From assembly GCA_963823035.1 (NCBI GenBank), contig CAWGKG010000019.1:32001-96000 (forward strand): DNA of 64,000 nt, given 5' to 3'. The stretch comes from an uncultured Gemmatimonadales bacterium. Lineage in GTDB: Bacteria > Gemmatimonadota > Gemmatimonadetes > Longimicrobiales > Gaopeijiaceae. Shown in pieces: positions 53,036 to 63,923 of the stretch. The translations under genes and the position numbers were made by a program. Every line of letters begins with the position of its first letter. Within the stretch, counting starts at the first letter, position 1. The notes under the pieces are model-generated. The model made no database searches. It was given only the letters and a program-made list of their open reading frames with translations, and had not been told where the DNA came from.

Positions 53036-55019
53036 TCAGCCGCCCACGCGGGTCGGGACCGAACGGCTCGCGCGCGTGCCGTCGCCGAGCTGCCCGCTCT
53101 GGTTCAGACCCCAACAGTAGTCGAGTCCGTCGTCCGCGAAGCCGCAGGTGAGGGCTCCCCCGGCGAAGATCGAGCGGAACGCGTGGTTGCCCGCCACCGG
53201 CGAGGGTTGCGCGCGGTTCACCGTGGAGCCGTCTCCGAGTTGGCCGTGGATGTTCTGGCCCCAACAGTACGCGGTGCCGTCCGCCAGGAGGGCGCACGTG
53301 CTCACCGCCCCCGCCGCGAGGTGGGCCGGCGTTCCGGGGAGACCCTGTACCGGCGTCGGCACGGTGCGATCCTCGGTGGTGCCGTCGCCGAGCTGCCCGA
53401 AGCTGTTGTCTCCCCAGCAGAACACCTGGCCGGTGCGGATCCCGCAGGTGTGGGCGCTCCCGGCCACCAGCGACTCGAAGGTGCCCGAGACGCGCGTCGG
53501 CGTCAGCCGGTCCACGCGGCTGCCGTCCCCGAGCTGCCCGTGGTCGTTCAGCCCCCAGCAGAGCGTCTCGCCGCCCGCGCTCCGTCCGCAGGTATGGCTC
53601 CAGCCCGCCACCAGGCGTACGAACCGTTGTCCGGTGGAAGCGCGCCGCGGCGTCGTCCGGTCCTCACGGGTGCCGTCGCCGAGCTGGCCGTTGAGGTTCT
53701 TGCCCCAGCACATCGCCCGCCCGCCCGCCGCGAGCCCGCAGGTATGCGACGCACCCGCCACCACCGTCGAGAAGTGCAGGTCCGTCGACACGGCGGCCGG
53801 CCCCGCACGATCCGAGTGCGAGTCGTCTCCGAGCTGCCCGCTCTCGTTGGCTCCCCAGCACGAGACTTCACCGGCGGCGGTCACTCCGCACGCGTGTGCC
53901 AGGCCCGCCGTGAGCGCCGTGAATGCGGCGCCCGGGCGGGAGGCACGCTGGCCACGGTCGTTGGCGCCCCTGCAGCTGAGGTCTCCTCCGGGGATGGCGC
54001 ACACGAAGTTGCCGCCCACCGCGAAGGACTGCGGCACCACGTAGATGGGCTCGAGCGAGGGCGTCGCGTCGGGCGTATCCGCCGCCGCGCGGTTGGCGGC
54101 CGCCTCAGTCCCGCGTGCCGCGACGGGCGCTGCGGCCGCGACGTCGGCGCGTGCCGTGGCGGTGAAGGTCAGGATCTCGCTGTCCACGTCCGGAGCGAGC
54201 GCGGCCACGCGCTGCGGGCCCGCCGTGCTCCCCAGGCGCCATAGGGCCGCGGCCTCGCCGGCCGAATCGGTCCGGATCCGCGCGGGAGCGACGACGCCCT
54301 CGCCGGAGACGATGCTGAAGCGCACGTCGACGTTCGAGACGGGGTTGCCGTTCGCGTCCGTCACGCGCACGGAGAGGCGCTCAGGGAGGAGGTCCCCGGC
54401 CGGCGCTTCCTGGCGATTGCCGCCGACGATGCTCACGAGCCGGGGGGCGCCGGCCAGTGCGTCGACGGTGAAGGTCGTTCCCGGTAGCGGTGCGTCGATC
54501 AGGCTGGCCACCACCGAGACGCGGCCAGGCCGGGACGGAAGGGCGAGCGTCGTGCGCGCGAGCCCCGCGCCGTCGGTGCGCGCCGTGTCGACCTCCAGCT
54601 CGCCCGCGCCCGCCGAGACGACGAAGCGCACCACGGCGCCGGTCATCGGGAGACCATCCGGTCCGATCGCCCGCACGGTGAGCGATTGCGAGGAGCTGAT
54701 CGGCGCCGACAGGGCGGCGTCCGGAAGGGGCGTGAGTCCCTCGCGGAATCGCGGCGGATCCACGGCGCCCGGCCCGGCGACGGACGCCGGCTCGGGCGCT
54801 GGTTCAGCGGGGAGGTCGGCCGCGGACGTCCGCATCGCCCGATAGGCGACGATAGCGCCCGCCACGACGAGGAGGAAACGCGAGAAGACCCGGGTGGCGG
54901 CCGACCCATCCCAGCAGCCCCGGACGGCGACGGGCGACGTCGTCGAAGAGATGCAGCCGCGCGACGTGGTCGTGGGGCGTCTTCTGGCCGCGGGGCTCAC
55001 GCACGCCGTCGCGGGACAT
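53036..55019 (-). CDS. Membrane-anchored Ig-like (Big_1) plus RCC1-repeat beta-propeller protein (5' frameshift)
   Basis: N-terminal TM; VRVTDANGNPVSNVDVRF Ig domains; about 6-7 repeats of AG..HTC......CWG.N..GQLGDG. Confidence 0.85.
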
Positions 55020-58000
55020 CAGCGTAGAGCGGCGCTTCCGGCCCCGAGGACGTCGGATCGGGCCTCGTTATCGCGGGTCGGCTGCGCGGTGGCGAGGGGC
55101 ATGAATTCCTTCATACCCCTAGCATACACCGATGGCGCCCAAATTGCTTCCCCGTGGGGCTTCGGGGGTTCCGCGCCTCCCGGTCGCCGGCGCGGTCCGA
55201 GGGCGGCCGCTGGACGGGCGGAGGGGGAGACGGTCGTGGTCACCGAGGCCTCGTCGTTGGTGGCGTTCGGATCCGTGCTCGCGCTGGTCACCGAGGCGGC
55301 GTTGGTGACGTCGCCCGTCACGTCCGCGCCGACCGTGGCCGTCACCTCGACGCTCGCCGCGCTTCCCGCCGCGAGCGAGGCGACGCTCCACGTGACCGTA
55401 CCGCCCGTGTTGGTGCCACCGCCGGTCGCGGAGACGAACACCAGGCCGGGGGGCAGGACATCGGTGATCGTGATGTCGTTGGCGTCGCTCGGGCCCGTGT
55501 TGGTCAGCTGGATCGTGTAGGTGACGTTGTCGCCGGCCGTCGCGGTCGCGGGGCCCGTCATGGTGACCGAGACGTCGGCCTCCCGCCGGGTCGTGATCGT
55601 CGCCGTCGAGCTGTTGTTGGTGAGGTCCAGGTCGCCGGTCACGCTCGTCACGGTCGCGGTGTTGGACACGCTGCCCGGGGCGCCCGGGTCGACCGTGACG
55701 GAGAGCACGCGGGTCAAGGTCCCGGACAGGCCGAGTGCGTCGGCCGTCCATGTCACGGTGCGGGTGGCGGGGTCGTACGTGCCGCCGCGGTCCGCGTCCA
55801 CGAAGGTCAGGGAGGACGGCAGGACGTCCGTGAGGGTGAGGGTGTCGGCCGGGATGGTCGAGCTGAGGTTCTTGACGACGATCGCGTAGTCGAAGCCGCG
55901 TCCGGCGACGATCGCCGTATCGGGGCCGGTCTTCGTCACCGCGAGGTCGGTCCTCGGCGTCACGGTGGTCCCGAAGCTGGCCGTGTTGTTGGCGAGGGTC
56001 GGGTCCGTGCTCGCGCTGCTCACGCTCGCGGTGTTGGTCACCGTGGTCCCGACGGCCCCGCCGCCCGCGACCGTGACCGTGACCGTGACGGCGGCGCTGG
56101 CTCCCGGCCCGAGAGAGGCGAGGCTCCAGGATACCTTGCTGCCACTCGGGGTGCCGCCGCCGGTCGCGGACACGAACGTCAACTCGGCCGGGAGCGGGTC
56201 CTCGATCACGATGCCGTTGGCACCGCTCGTGGGGCTGTTGTTCGTGACGGTGAGCGTATACGTGAAGGTCGATCCCTGAGGCGCGGTGGCCGGACCCGTC
56301 TTCGCGATGGAGAGGTCGGCGACCTGCGAAACGGTCGTGGATGCCGTTCCGCTGTCGTTCCCCGCGACCGGGTCGGCGCTGGTGGTGGTCACGGTGGCGG
56401 TGTTCGATAGGAGACCTCGCGTCTCCCCGCCGAGCGCCACCCTCAGGGTCACCTTCGCGCTGTCGCCCACGGCGATGGTGCCGAGGTTCCAGGTGACCGT
56501 ACCATCGGAGGCCGTGCCGCTTCCGGTGGCCGACACGAAGGTCACGCTGCTCGGCAGCGGGTCCTTGACCACCACGCCGGCGGCGCTTGCCGTCCCTCCG
56601 ACGTGCTTCACCGTGATGTCGTAGGTGATCTGGGCGCCGGATACTGCCGTGGCGGGCCCGGACTTCGTGAGAGCGAGATCCGCGGCCGGCACGATGGACG
56701 TGGTCAGCGAGGAGGTGTCGTTCCCCGGAACCGGGTCGGTGCTCGTGGAGGTTGCGGCCGCCGTGTTGACGATCGTGCCCGTCCCGTCGGGCGGGACGGT
56801 CGCCGTCACGCTCAGCGGAACGGTGCTGCCGACGGCGACGTCGCCGACCGTCCACGTGACCTTGCGGCTCGCGCCGTCGAAGGACCCGCCCGCGGTCGCG
56901 GACACGAACGTGAGGCCCGCCGGGAGGACGTCGGTCACGACCACGCCGCCCGCATCGCTGGGCCCGCCGACGTGGGCGACGGCGATGGAGTAGGTGATCG
57001 CCGATCCGGGCGGCGCGCTCGTCGGCCCGGTCTTGGTCACGGCCACGTCGGCGATACGCGACACCGTCGTACTGGCTCCCGACGTGTTGTTGCCCGTCAC
57101 GGCGTCCGTCGCCGTGGTGCTCACGACGGCTTTGTTGACGACCGCGCCCGAGGCGGTCCTGCCGATGTCGACCGTCAGCTCCATCGACCTCGACCCGCCG
57201 ACATCGATGTCGGGCAGATTCCACGTCACGGTTCGGCTGGAGGCGTCGTACGCACCGCCGCCGGTGGCGGACACGAAGGTCAGCTCGGCCGGGAGGACAT
57301 CCTCGACGGTCACGCCGGTGGCGCTGCTCGATCCACCGACGTGGTCCACCACGATGCCGTACGTGATGCGTTCACCCGCCGCGGCCGAAGCCGGCCCCGT
57401 CTTCGAGATCGCGAGATCGGCTTCCCTGATTACCTCCATCAGGTGCGTGGCCTGGTCGTTCGTGCCGTCGGGGTCCCGGGTCGTGGCGCTCACCCTGGCC
57501 ACGTTGGCAACCGTCTCCGAGGGGATGTCGCCGATCCTCACGGTCAGATCGACCGTCGTTCCCCCGCCCACGGGGATGTCGCCGAGGCTCCAGGACACGG
57601 TCCGGGTGGCGGTGGCGTACCTTCCTCCTCCCGTCGCGGACACGAAGGTCAGCGCCGGCGGAAGGACGTCGACCACCTGCACGTCCAACGCGTCCAGGGG
57701 CCCGCCGACGTGCTGCACGCCGATCCGGTAGGTGACATCCTCTCCCGTCCGCGCGGTCGCGGGGCCGGTCTTGGTGACCGCGAGATCGGCGGGCTTGGAG
57801 AGTACGGTGATCGACGCCGTCGTCCTGTGGTCACCGGGCGACGGATCCTTGGTGACGCTGGATACGCGCGCCACGTTGGTTTCGCTCCCCAGGCTGTCGG
57901 CCGAAACCCACAGCGTGTCCACGACGCTCGCGCCACCCGCGACGATGCCGCCCACCCACGTGATCGCGCCGCCATCGTGCACGCCACCATTCGATGCCCG

Positions 58001-60208
58001 CACGAAGCTCAGGCCCCGGGGGAGCGAGTCCACCAGCACCACGCTCACCGCGTCTCGCGGCCCGTGGTTGGACAGGGTGACCACGAACGGCACGGTGTCG
58101 CCCTCGGTCGCCAGGGGAGGTCCGACCTTCTCGACGGTCAGGTCCGCCAGCGGCTCGAGGTCGACCGCGAAGCTCACGTTCACGGACTGCGTGCCGTTGG
58201 CCGCCACGGGCGACGCCACCTGGACGGTGGCCTGGTAGCTCCCGGGCGTCAGGTCCGTGGGGTCGGCTCGCAGCGTGAGGACGGAGGGGGCCGTGGTCGA
58301 CGACAGCTCCGCCGTGAGCCATCCCCCGGCCCCGCTGTAGGAGACGGTCGCGGTGAGGCCGGTGAGATCGCGCCCGCCGGCGTTCGTGACCTGGATATCC
58401 TGCGGCGACGGAGGCTGGGAGCCTGCCACGCCGGCGAAGCCGACCGCGGTGGGCGACAGACGCAGGATGGGACGGTCCTCGGTGATCGAGAGCTCGAACT
58501 GGATCGGAACGTCCGCCGCTGCCAGCGGAGAGCCCACCGTGACGGTGGCGTGGTAGGTGCCGATCGCCAGCGCGCCGATCGACGCCGAGATCGTGAGCGT
58601 CGCCGGGGCCGCCGTCGACGACAGCGTTAGGCTCAGCCATCCGCTCGTCTCCCCCGCCGTGTAGGCGGTCGAGGCGGAGAGCCCGGTCAGCGTGCCGTTG
58701 CCTCCATTGTCGATCGAGACGTCCACGGGGTCCGGATCGGAGCCCTGGTGCAGGGCGAAGAGCGAGACGCTCTCCGGGTCGACGACGATCGTCGGGCCGG
58801 GTTGGATCGTGACTGTCGCCGCACCGGTCACGTCCTTCACGGTCGCGCGCACCTGCGCGGTGCCGGCCTGGAGCGCCATGGCCCGCCCGTCGGGGCCCAC
58901 CGTCGCGATGCTCTCGTTGCCGCTGCTCCACGTGACCAGGGAGCTGGGGATGACGGCGCCGTCCACGTCACGGACGTCGGCCGAGAATTGCCGGCTCTCC
59001 CCGACGAGGAGGGTGGCCGAGGCCGGGGACACCGTCACCGAGGCGATCGTGACGCCCGTGACGTCCGTGTTGGTGCACGCCTGACCCAGCCAGACCGCGA
59101 TCGCGGCCAGGAGCGGCGCGGCCCATGCGCGGACGGGGCCCCGAAGCCCGCTCCTCAAGGACGGCGAGCCCCGCCGGGGATCGGCCTCGGCCCCGTCCGG
59201 GCTCCGGGCGCCCCGGCCGGGAGTCGAGAACGGACCGATCTCGAACACCACCGTCAGCCTCTGCGGTGAGTTGGAGGCGACGTCGGAGATCACGTCGACG
59301 ACCGCGTGGTAGCGCCCGGCCGGGAGAAGGCCCGCCGACGCGCGCAGCGTCAGGACGGTCGGCGCCGTGGTGCTGGCGAGCACGGCGTCGAGCCACCCAC
59401 CGGCCTCGCCCTGGTAGTCCACCGAGGTGGACAGTCCCGTGAGGGTGCCGTTGCCGCCGTTCGTGATGGCGACCTCCTGGATCGCCGGTAGCTGCCCACC
59501 CACCACGCCGCTGAAGGACACGCCGTCCACGTCCAGGACGATGGCGGGCGGCGGTGGCTGCACGGTGAGGTCCACGGTGACCTTGGCGGAGGTCCCACCG
59601 GCCGCCGGCGAGGTGACCGTCACCGTCGCGCGGTAGGCGCCGGGGGAGAGGGTGGCGGCGGAGGCCGTGAGGGAGAGCACGGCGGGGGCGGTGGTGCCGC
59701 TCAGCCCCGCGGTGAGCCATCCTGCCGGGTCACCCGCACGATACTCGATGGTGGCCGAGAGCCCTGAGAGGACGCCGTTGCCGCCGTTCGTCACGTCCAC
59801 CGTGCGCGCGTCGGCGGCCAGGCCGGCGAACGCGGTGATGGACACGGCCGTGGCGGACAGCGCGACCTCGGGTCCCACCAGCACCGTGACCGAGGCGGAT
59901 CCCTCGATCCCCTCGACCATGGCGCGGACGGTCGTCTGGCCGGCGCCGACCGCCTCCACCGTGCCGCCCCCGTCCACCGTGGCGATCGAGGTCGCGTCGG
60001 AAGACCAGGTCGCGGCACGGCCGGACAACGGGTTGCCGCCCGGCCCGCGGGCGACCACATCCATCGTGCGGGTCTCGCCCTCGACGAGCGTGAAGGAGGA
60101 CGGGCTGATCACGACGGCCGCGACCTCGACGGGCACGACCGTCCGGGTCTCGCACCCGATGGACGCCAGCAGCACGAGGGCGACCCGCGCGGCCCGACGA
60201 GAAGCCAT
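55019..60208 (-). CDS. Giant surface lipoprotein: Big_2/BACON-like modules plus 8 DUF11 repeats (may be two genes; true 3' end probably about 55200)
   Basis: Lipobox ASIGC; V.VSP...TWSS....IATV Ig domains; TNGGNG...GWL...PG.Y.ATV BACON-like units; 8 repeats starting (A/T)D(L/V)...(K/M).GP. Confidence 0.82.
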   Translation of the reverse strand: MASRRAARVALVLLASIGCETRTVVPVEVAAVVISPSSFTLVEGETRTMDVVARGPGGNPLSGRAATWSSDATSIATVDGGGTVEAVGAGQTTVRAMVEGIEGSASVTVLVGPEVALSATAVSITAFAGLAADARTVDVTNGGNGVLSGLSATIEYRAGDPAGWLTAGLSGTTAPAVLSLTASAATLSPGAYRATVTVTSPAAGGTSAKVTVDLTVQPPPPAIVLDVDGVSFSGVVGGQLPAIQEVAITNGGNGTLTGLSTSVDYQGEAGGWLDAVLASTTAPTVLTLRASAGLLPAGRYHAVVDVISDVASNSPQRLTVVFEIGPFSTPGRGARSPDGAEADPRRGSPSLRSGLRGPVRAWAAPLLAAIAVWLGQACTNTDVTGVTIASVTVSPASATLLVGESRQFSADVRDVDGAVIPSSLVTWSSGNESIATVGPDGRAMALQAGTAQVRATVKDVTGAATVTIQPGPTIVVDPESVSLFALHQGSDPDPVDVSIDNGGNGTLTGLSASTAYTAGETSGWLSLTLSSTAAPATLTISASIGALAIGTYHATVTVGSPLAAADVPIQFELSITEDRPILRLSPTAVGFAGVAGSQPPSPQDIQVTNAGGRDLTGLTATVSYSGAGGWLTAELSSTTAPSVLTLRADPTDLTPGSYQATVQVASPVAANGTQSVNVSFAVDLEPLADLTVEKVGPPLATEGDTVPFVVTLSNHGPRDAVSVVLVDSLPRGLSFVRASNGGVHDGGAITWVGGIVAGGASVVDTLWVSADSLGSETNVARVSSVTKDPSPGDHRTTASITVLSKPADLAVTKTGPATARTGEDVTYRIGVQHVGGPLDALDVQVVDVLPPALTFVSATGGGRYATATRTVSWSLGDIPVGGGTTVDLTVRIGDIPSETVANVARVSATTRDPDGTNDQATHLMEVIREADLAISKTGPASAAAGERITYGIVVDHVGGSSSATGVTVEDVLPAELTFVSATGGGAYDASSRTVTWNLPDIDVGGSRSMELTVDIGRTASGAVVNKAVVSTTATDAVTGNNTSGASTTVSRIADVAVTKTGPTSAPPGSAITYSIAVAHVGGPSDAGGVVVTDVLPAGLTFVSATAGGSFDGASRKVTWTVGDVAVGSTVPLSVTATVPPDGTGTIVNTAAATSTSTDPVPGNDTSSLTTSIVPAADLALTKSGPATAVSGAQITYDITVKHVGGTASAAGVVVKDPLPSSVTFVSATGSGTASDGTVTWNLGTIAVGDSAKVTLRVALGGETRGLLSNTATVTTTSADPVAGNDSGTASTTVSQVADLSIAKTGPATAPQGSTFTYTLTVTNNSPTSGANGIVIEDPLPAELTFVSATGGGTPSGSKVSWSLASLGPGASAAVTVTVTVAGGGAVGTTVTNTASVSSASTDPTLANNTASFGTTVTPRTDLAVTKTGPDTAIVAGRGFDYAIVVKNLSSTIPADTLTLTDVLPSSLTFVDADRGGTYDPATRTVTWTADALGLSGTLTRVLSVTVDPGAPGSVSNTATVTSVTGDLDLTNNSSTATITTRREADVSVTMTGPATATAGDNVTYTIQLTNTGPSDANDITITDVLPPGLVFVSATGGGTNTGGTVTWSVASLAAGSAASVEVTATVGADVTGDVTNAASVTSASTDPNATNDEASVTTTVSPSARPAAALGPRRRPGGAEPPKPHGEAIWAPSVYARGMKEFMPLATAQPTRDNEARSDVLGAGSAALR

Positions 60209-60219
60209 GGATGGGCGCC

Positions 60220-61376
60220 TCAGAAGGTGAGCCGTACCAGCCGGAGGTCCAGCCGGCCCCGGGAGGGAGCGACGTCCAGCGCGCTCAGCTGAGCTCCGCC
60301 GAGCTCCATGGAGGTGACGCCCGAGTCGGAGCCGCGGCGATGTCGCAGCTTCACGAAGGCCTCGATGGCCCCGATCACGCCGATCGCCGCTGCGGTCCCG
60401 AGCCCCGCCACCAGGTAGGGGCGGTCCACCTCCTCCCGGAGCACCTGACCTTCCGGACAGGAGCCGTCGGGGCCTGGGTCCGAAAGACACTTGACCTGAA
60501 CGTCCGTCACGAAATATCCGGCCGCCGCCGCTCCTCCCACGAGAGAGAGCACGGTCAGCCCACCCAACGCGCGCCCGGAGTAGAACTGACCCATGCCGGG
60601 CACCAGCACGCCGAGCGTCAGCGCCACCCCCGGGCTCGGTGTCGAGACAGGGTCGTGCTCTGCAGCTCGCCGATCCGCTGCGATACCGCTATGGCGTCCG
60701 GGGCGCCGGGGCGTAGCTCCAGGTAGCGCCGGAGGTCCCGGACGGCGTCCGTGGTTCTCCCGAGGCGGGAAGCGACGATGGCCCGATCATAGACGGCTTC
60801 CGCCCAGGTGGGGGCCTGTTGCAGGACGGAGCCGAACGAGGTCAGCGCGCTCTGGAGGAAGCCGGCCTGGGCCCACTGGACCGCCTTCTCGAACTCGGCG
60901 ACGGCGCTCGGCGGATAGGGAGCCTCGTTCGATCCTGCCAGGGTCTCCAGGCGGGTCCGGGCGTCGTCCACGCCCTCCGCCTCGGGATTGACGGCAAGGA
61001 CCCTGCAGAACTCCGAGACGGCCGCCTCACGCTCCCCCATCTCCTCGAGGACGCGGGCGTGGCGGTACGCCAGCTCCGCGGAGGAGGGGTCCAGCTCGGT
61101 GGCCCGATCGAGGAGGGCGCGAGCCCGCTCCAGGTCCCCGAGGATCAGCGACTGCGCGGCCGTGGAGGCCAGCTGCCGGGCCTGCGCGGCCTCTTCCTCG
61201 TTGGGTGGATCGCCCAGGGGAACGGCGGGGCACGCATAAGGGCCCACGCCGGGGGCTTCCCGCTTGAGGGGAAGCTCCTGCGCTGCCAAAGGGGACGCAA
61301 TCCACCACAGCACCGGGAGCAGCAGCCAGTGGGGGGGGAGGCGAGAGCGCCCCTGGGTCGACTTCCAACGGGGCAT
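60220..61376 (-). CDS. Exported TPR protein with C-terminal hydrophobic domain (frameshift about 60625)
   Basis: Signal ...SPLAAQE; TPR helices (LDPSSAELAYRHARVLE; YLELRPGAPDA); C-terminal GVLVPGMGQFYSGR motif. Confidence 0.7.
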
Positions 61377-61524
61377 GGGGGGCCTACCTACCGATGAAAC
61401 CGTCCCGCACAGTAGCCGGTTTTTCGATCCGGGCACGCGCGAGATCTGGACCAGGGCATGAAGCTTCTGGCGTCGGGGGCGTCCCGTCAAGCGATCCGTC
61501 CGGGGAGCACTGTGCCACGGGTCG

Positions 61525-62652
61525 TTACCGAGGGCTCGGCGGCGCTGAGGCCGGCGCCTCGATCTCCAGGCGACCGCCCGGCCGGCCGTCGTTCAGGAAG
61601 CGCAGCAATCGCTCTCCCTCCTCGCGCGCGTCCGCTTCCTCCGTGGGCGTCCAGTGGCGAAGGGACTCGACGGCGACCGACCGGGCTTTCCCGCGCGCGC
61701 TTCGTCCGCCACCATCCGGCGACGAAGCCGTCGAGGAGGACGGTTCCCGGGACCATGCCGTTGAGGGACGCCATCCCCGCCCGGAGGCGCTCGTCCATGA
61801 TGCGCGTCCGGTCGGCGTGCGCGAGCACGAGGTTGTCGAAGGGCGCGACGAAGCGCGCGGGTGCCGGTGTGTCGGGGTCGGGCAGCAGACCGTCGGGAAC
61901 GTCGAAGAGCTCGCGACCGGTCTCGGCACGGAAGGTGCGCAGTCGTGGCCGTAGGCGTTCGAGCACGTCGGCCAGGCCGGCAAGGCCGGACCACTGCCGG
62001 ACGTCGGCCACGCTCGCCGGTCCGAACGCGCGCAGGTAGCGCACGATCAGGTCGTCCGGGGCTCCGTCGCCGTCCGGCGGCACCCCCGGCCAGACGTCGA
62101 GCGGGAGATGGGCGGCCCTTCCACTGCGGCCCCATACGCCGCGCGGCGGGATCTGCACCAGGGGGATCCAGGCGCGGGCGGCGTTGGCGAGCGCCGAGGG
62201 GTTCCGGCCGGGCCATCGTTCGAGCGAGCACGCGGCCGAGCTCGCTCGACACCCTCGAGCGCGCGGCCATGAGCGTCCGTGCCTCCTCGACCACCTCCCT
62301 GCGGCGCACCCCTTCCAGCGCCTTCCCGTAGCTCGCGCGCAGCGACCCGTCCACCGCGGGCTGCACGGCGGGGCGGAGCCTCGCGGCGTCCTCACGGCTC
62401 ACCAGATGGAGGGTCGAGCGCATGAGGGCGATGCGCACGGCCCGGCCCTGCTCCACCAGGGCGCCGAGGTCGTGGGGGTCGAAGCCCTCGAGCCGGCTCC
62501 ACAGGCCGAAATAGGGCGGGTCCGGCGCCTGAGCCTGAAGGCCGACGAGCCGTTCGATCGCCTCCAGCGGCCCCATCGGGACCCGCTCGAGGAGCATCTG
62601 GCGGGCGAGGAGTCGCACGGTTGAGGGCGCGCCGCCCGAGGACCTCCGTCAT
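61525..62652 (-). CDS. AlkZ/HTH_42-family winged-helix DNA glycosylase-like protein (frameshifts)
   Basis: LARQMLLER, GLQAQ, LWSRL, MRSTLHLV, RYLRAFGPASVAD...WSGL, APFDNLVL, DGFVAG.W. Confidence 0.85.
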
Positions 62653-63923
62653 CGCGAGCCGGCCGACCCCGCGTGCACGTTCCGGAACACCTCCCCGCCC
62701 TTCATGACGAAGCGCACGTCCCGGACCGCCGTGATGTCGGCGAGGGGGTCGCCGGCCACGGCGACCAGGTCCGCGACCATCCCCGGCGCGATGGCCCCGA
62801 GGCGGTCGCCGAGGCCCATCGACTCTGCGTTGCCCGAGGTGGCCGCCGTGAGCACGCGCATGGGATCGGCGCCGGCCTCGTTCACCAGGCAGACCATGTC
62901 CTCGACCTCGCGGCCGTGGGCGCCCGCCACGGCGTCGGTGCCGTACGCGAGCCTGAGCCCGGGCGTCGCGAGGGCGCGCCGGAAGCCGTCGAGCGCGAGC
63001 CCGATCCCCTCCTGCATGGAGGCCTTGCCCTCGGCGTTGTAGTTCCCGATACCGTCGTAGTGTGACCAGTTGTCCAGGTAGTTGTGGAAGACCAGCCCAC
63101 ACTGCGGATCGAACCACGTGCCGGTGCTGGCCATGAGCGCGAGGGTGCTGTCGGCCGCGAAGATCCCGTGCTCGATCTGCGTGCAGCCCGCGCGCACCGC
63201 GGCCTGGATGGACGCGTCGCTGTGCGCGTGCACCAGCGTGCGCAGCCCCTGTGCCTTCGCCTCTCCGCACATGGCGTCGAGTTGCTCGCGCGACATGGTC
63301 TGCGCGCCACCGTCGCGGATGCTGGCCGACGCGAAGATCTTGATGATGTCGGCGCCCTCGCGCTTCCGCGTCCGGATCAGAGCGCGTAGCGAGTCCGGCG
63401 AGAGGCGGGGGTTGGAGAGGGGCTGCAGCGAGGTGAGGATGCGCGGGCCGGGCAGCCGCCCGGCGGCGATCCAATCCCTCAGGTCCGCGTCCTCGGGCGA
63501 GCCGGGACTCTGCACGGTGGTGAAGCCGCCCAGGAGCGTCTTCCACGCCTCGCCGGCCGCGGACAGCTCGGCCTCGACGGGCGTCTCACCGTCGCCCGAC
63601 CGGTGCAGCCGGCCCTCCGCGTTGAAATGCCAGTACACGTGGTCGTGGGCGTCGATGAAGCCGGGCAGGAGCGTCATCCCGGTCAGGTCGTAGGTTGCCT
63701 TCGGCTCGCGGTCCACGCTGACGATGCGACCGCCCTGGACGACCACGCGCGCGTTCTCGAGGACGTTTCCGCGCCCGTCCACGACCCGGCTGGCGCGTAG
63801 GCTCACCGTGCCTGCCTGCGCCCGCGCCGAGGGTGGGGACACGACGAACACGGCGACGAGCGCGACGAGGAGCGCGCCGGCCCCCGGGTGGACGGTCGCG
63901 CTCGGGGATCGCATGGCGCTCAT
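62649..63923 (-). CDS. Exported metal-dependent amidohydrolase (imidazolonepropionase/prolidase-like)
   Basis: Signal peptide; LLPGFIDAHDH, GADIIK, VHAH, IEHG, YGTDA, GMVADLVAV.GDPL.DI, FVMKGG. Confidence 0.88.
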   Translation of the reverse strand: MSAMRSPSATVHPGAGALLVALVAVFVVSPPSARAQAGTVSLRASRVVDGRGNVLENARVVVQGGRIVSVDREPKATYDLTGMTLLPGFIDAHDHVYWHFNAEGRLHRSGDGETPVEAELSAAGEAWKTLLGGFTTVQSPGSPEDADLRDWIAAGRLPGPRILTSLQPLSNPRLSPDSLRALIRTRKREGADIIKIFASASIRDGGAQTMSREQLDAMCGEAKAQGLRTLVHAHSDASIQAAVRAGCTQIEHGIFAADSTLALMASTGTWFDPQCGLVFHNYLDNWSHYDGIGNYNAEGKASMQEGIGLALDGFRRALATPGLRLAYGTDAVAGAHGREVEDMVCLVNEAGADPMRVLTAATSGNAESMGLGDRLGAIAPGMVADLVAVAGDPLADITAVRDVRFVMKGGEVFRNVHAGSAGSR

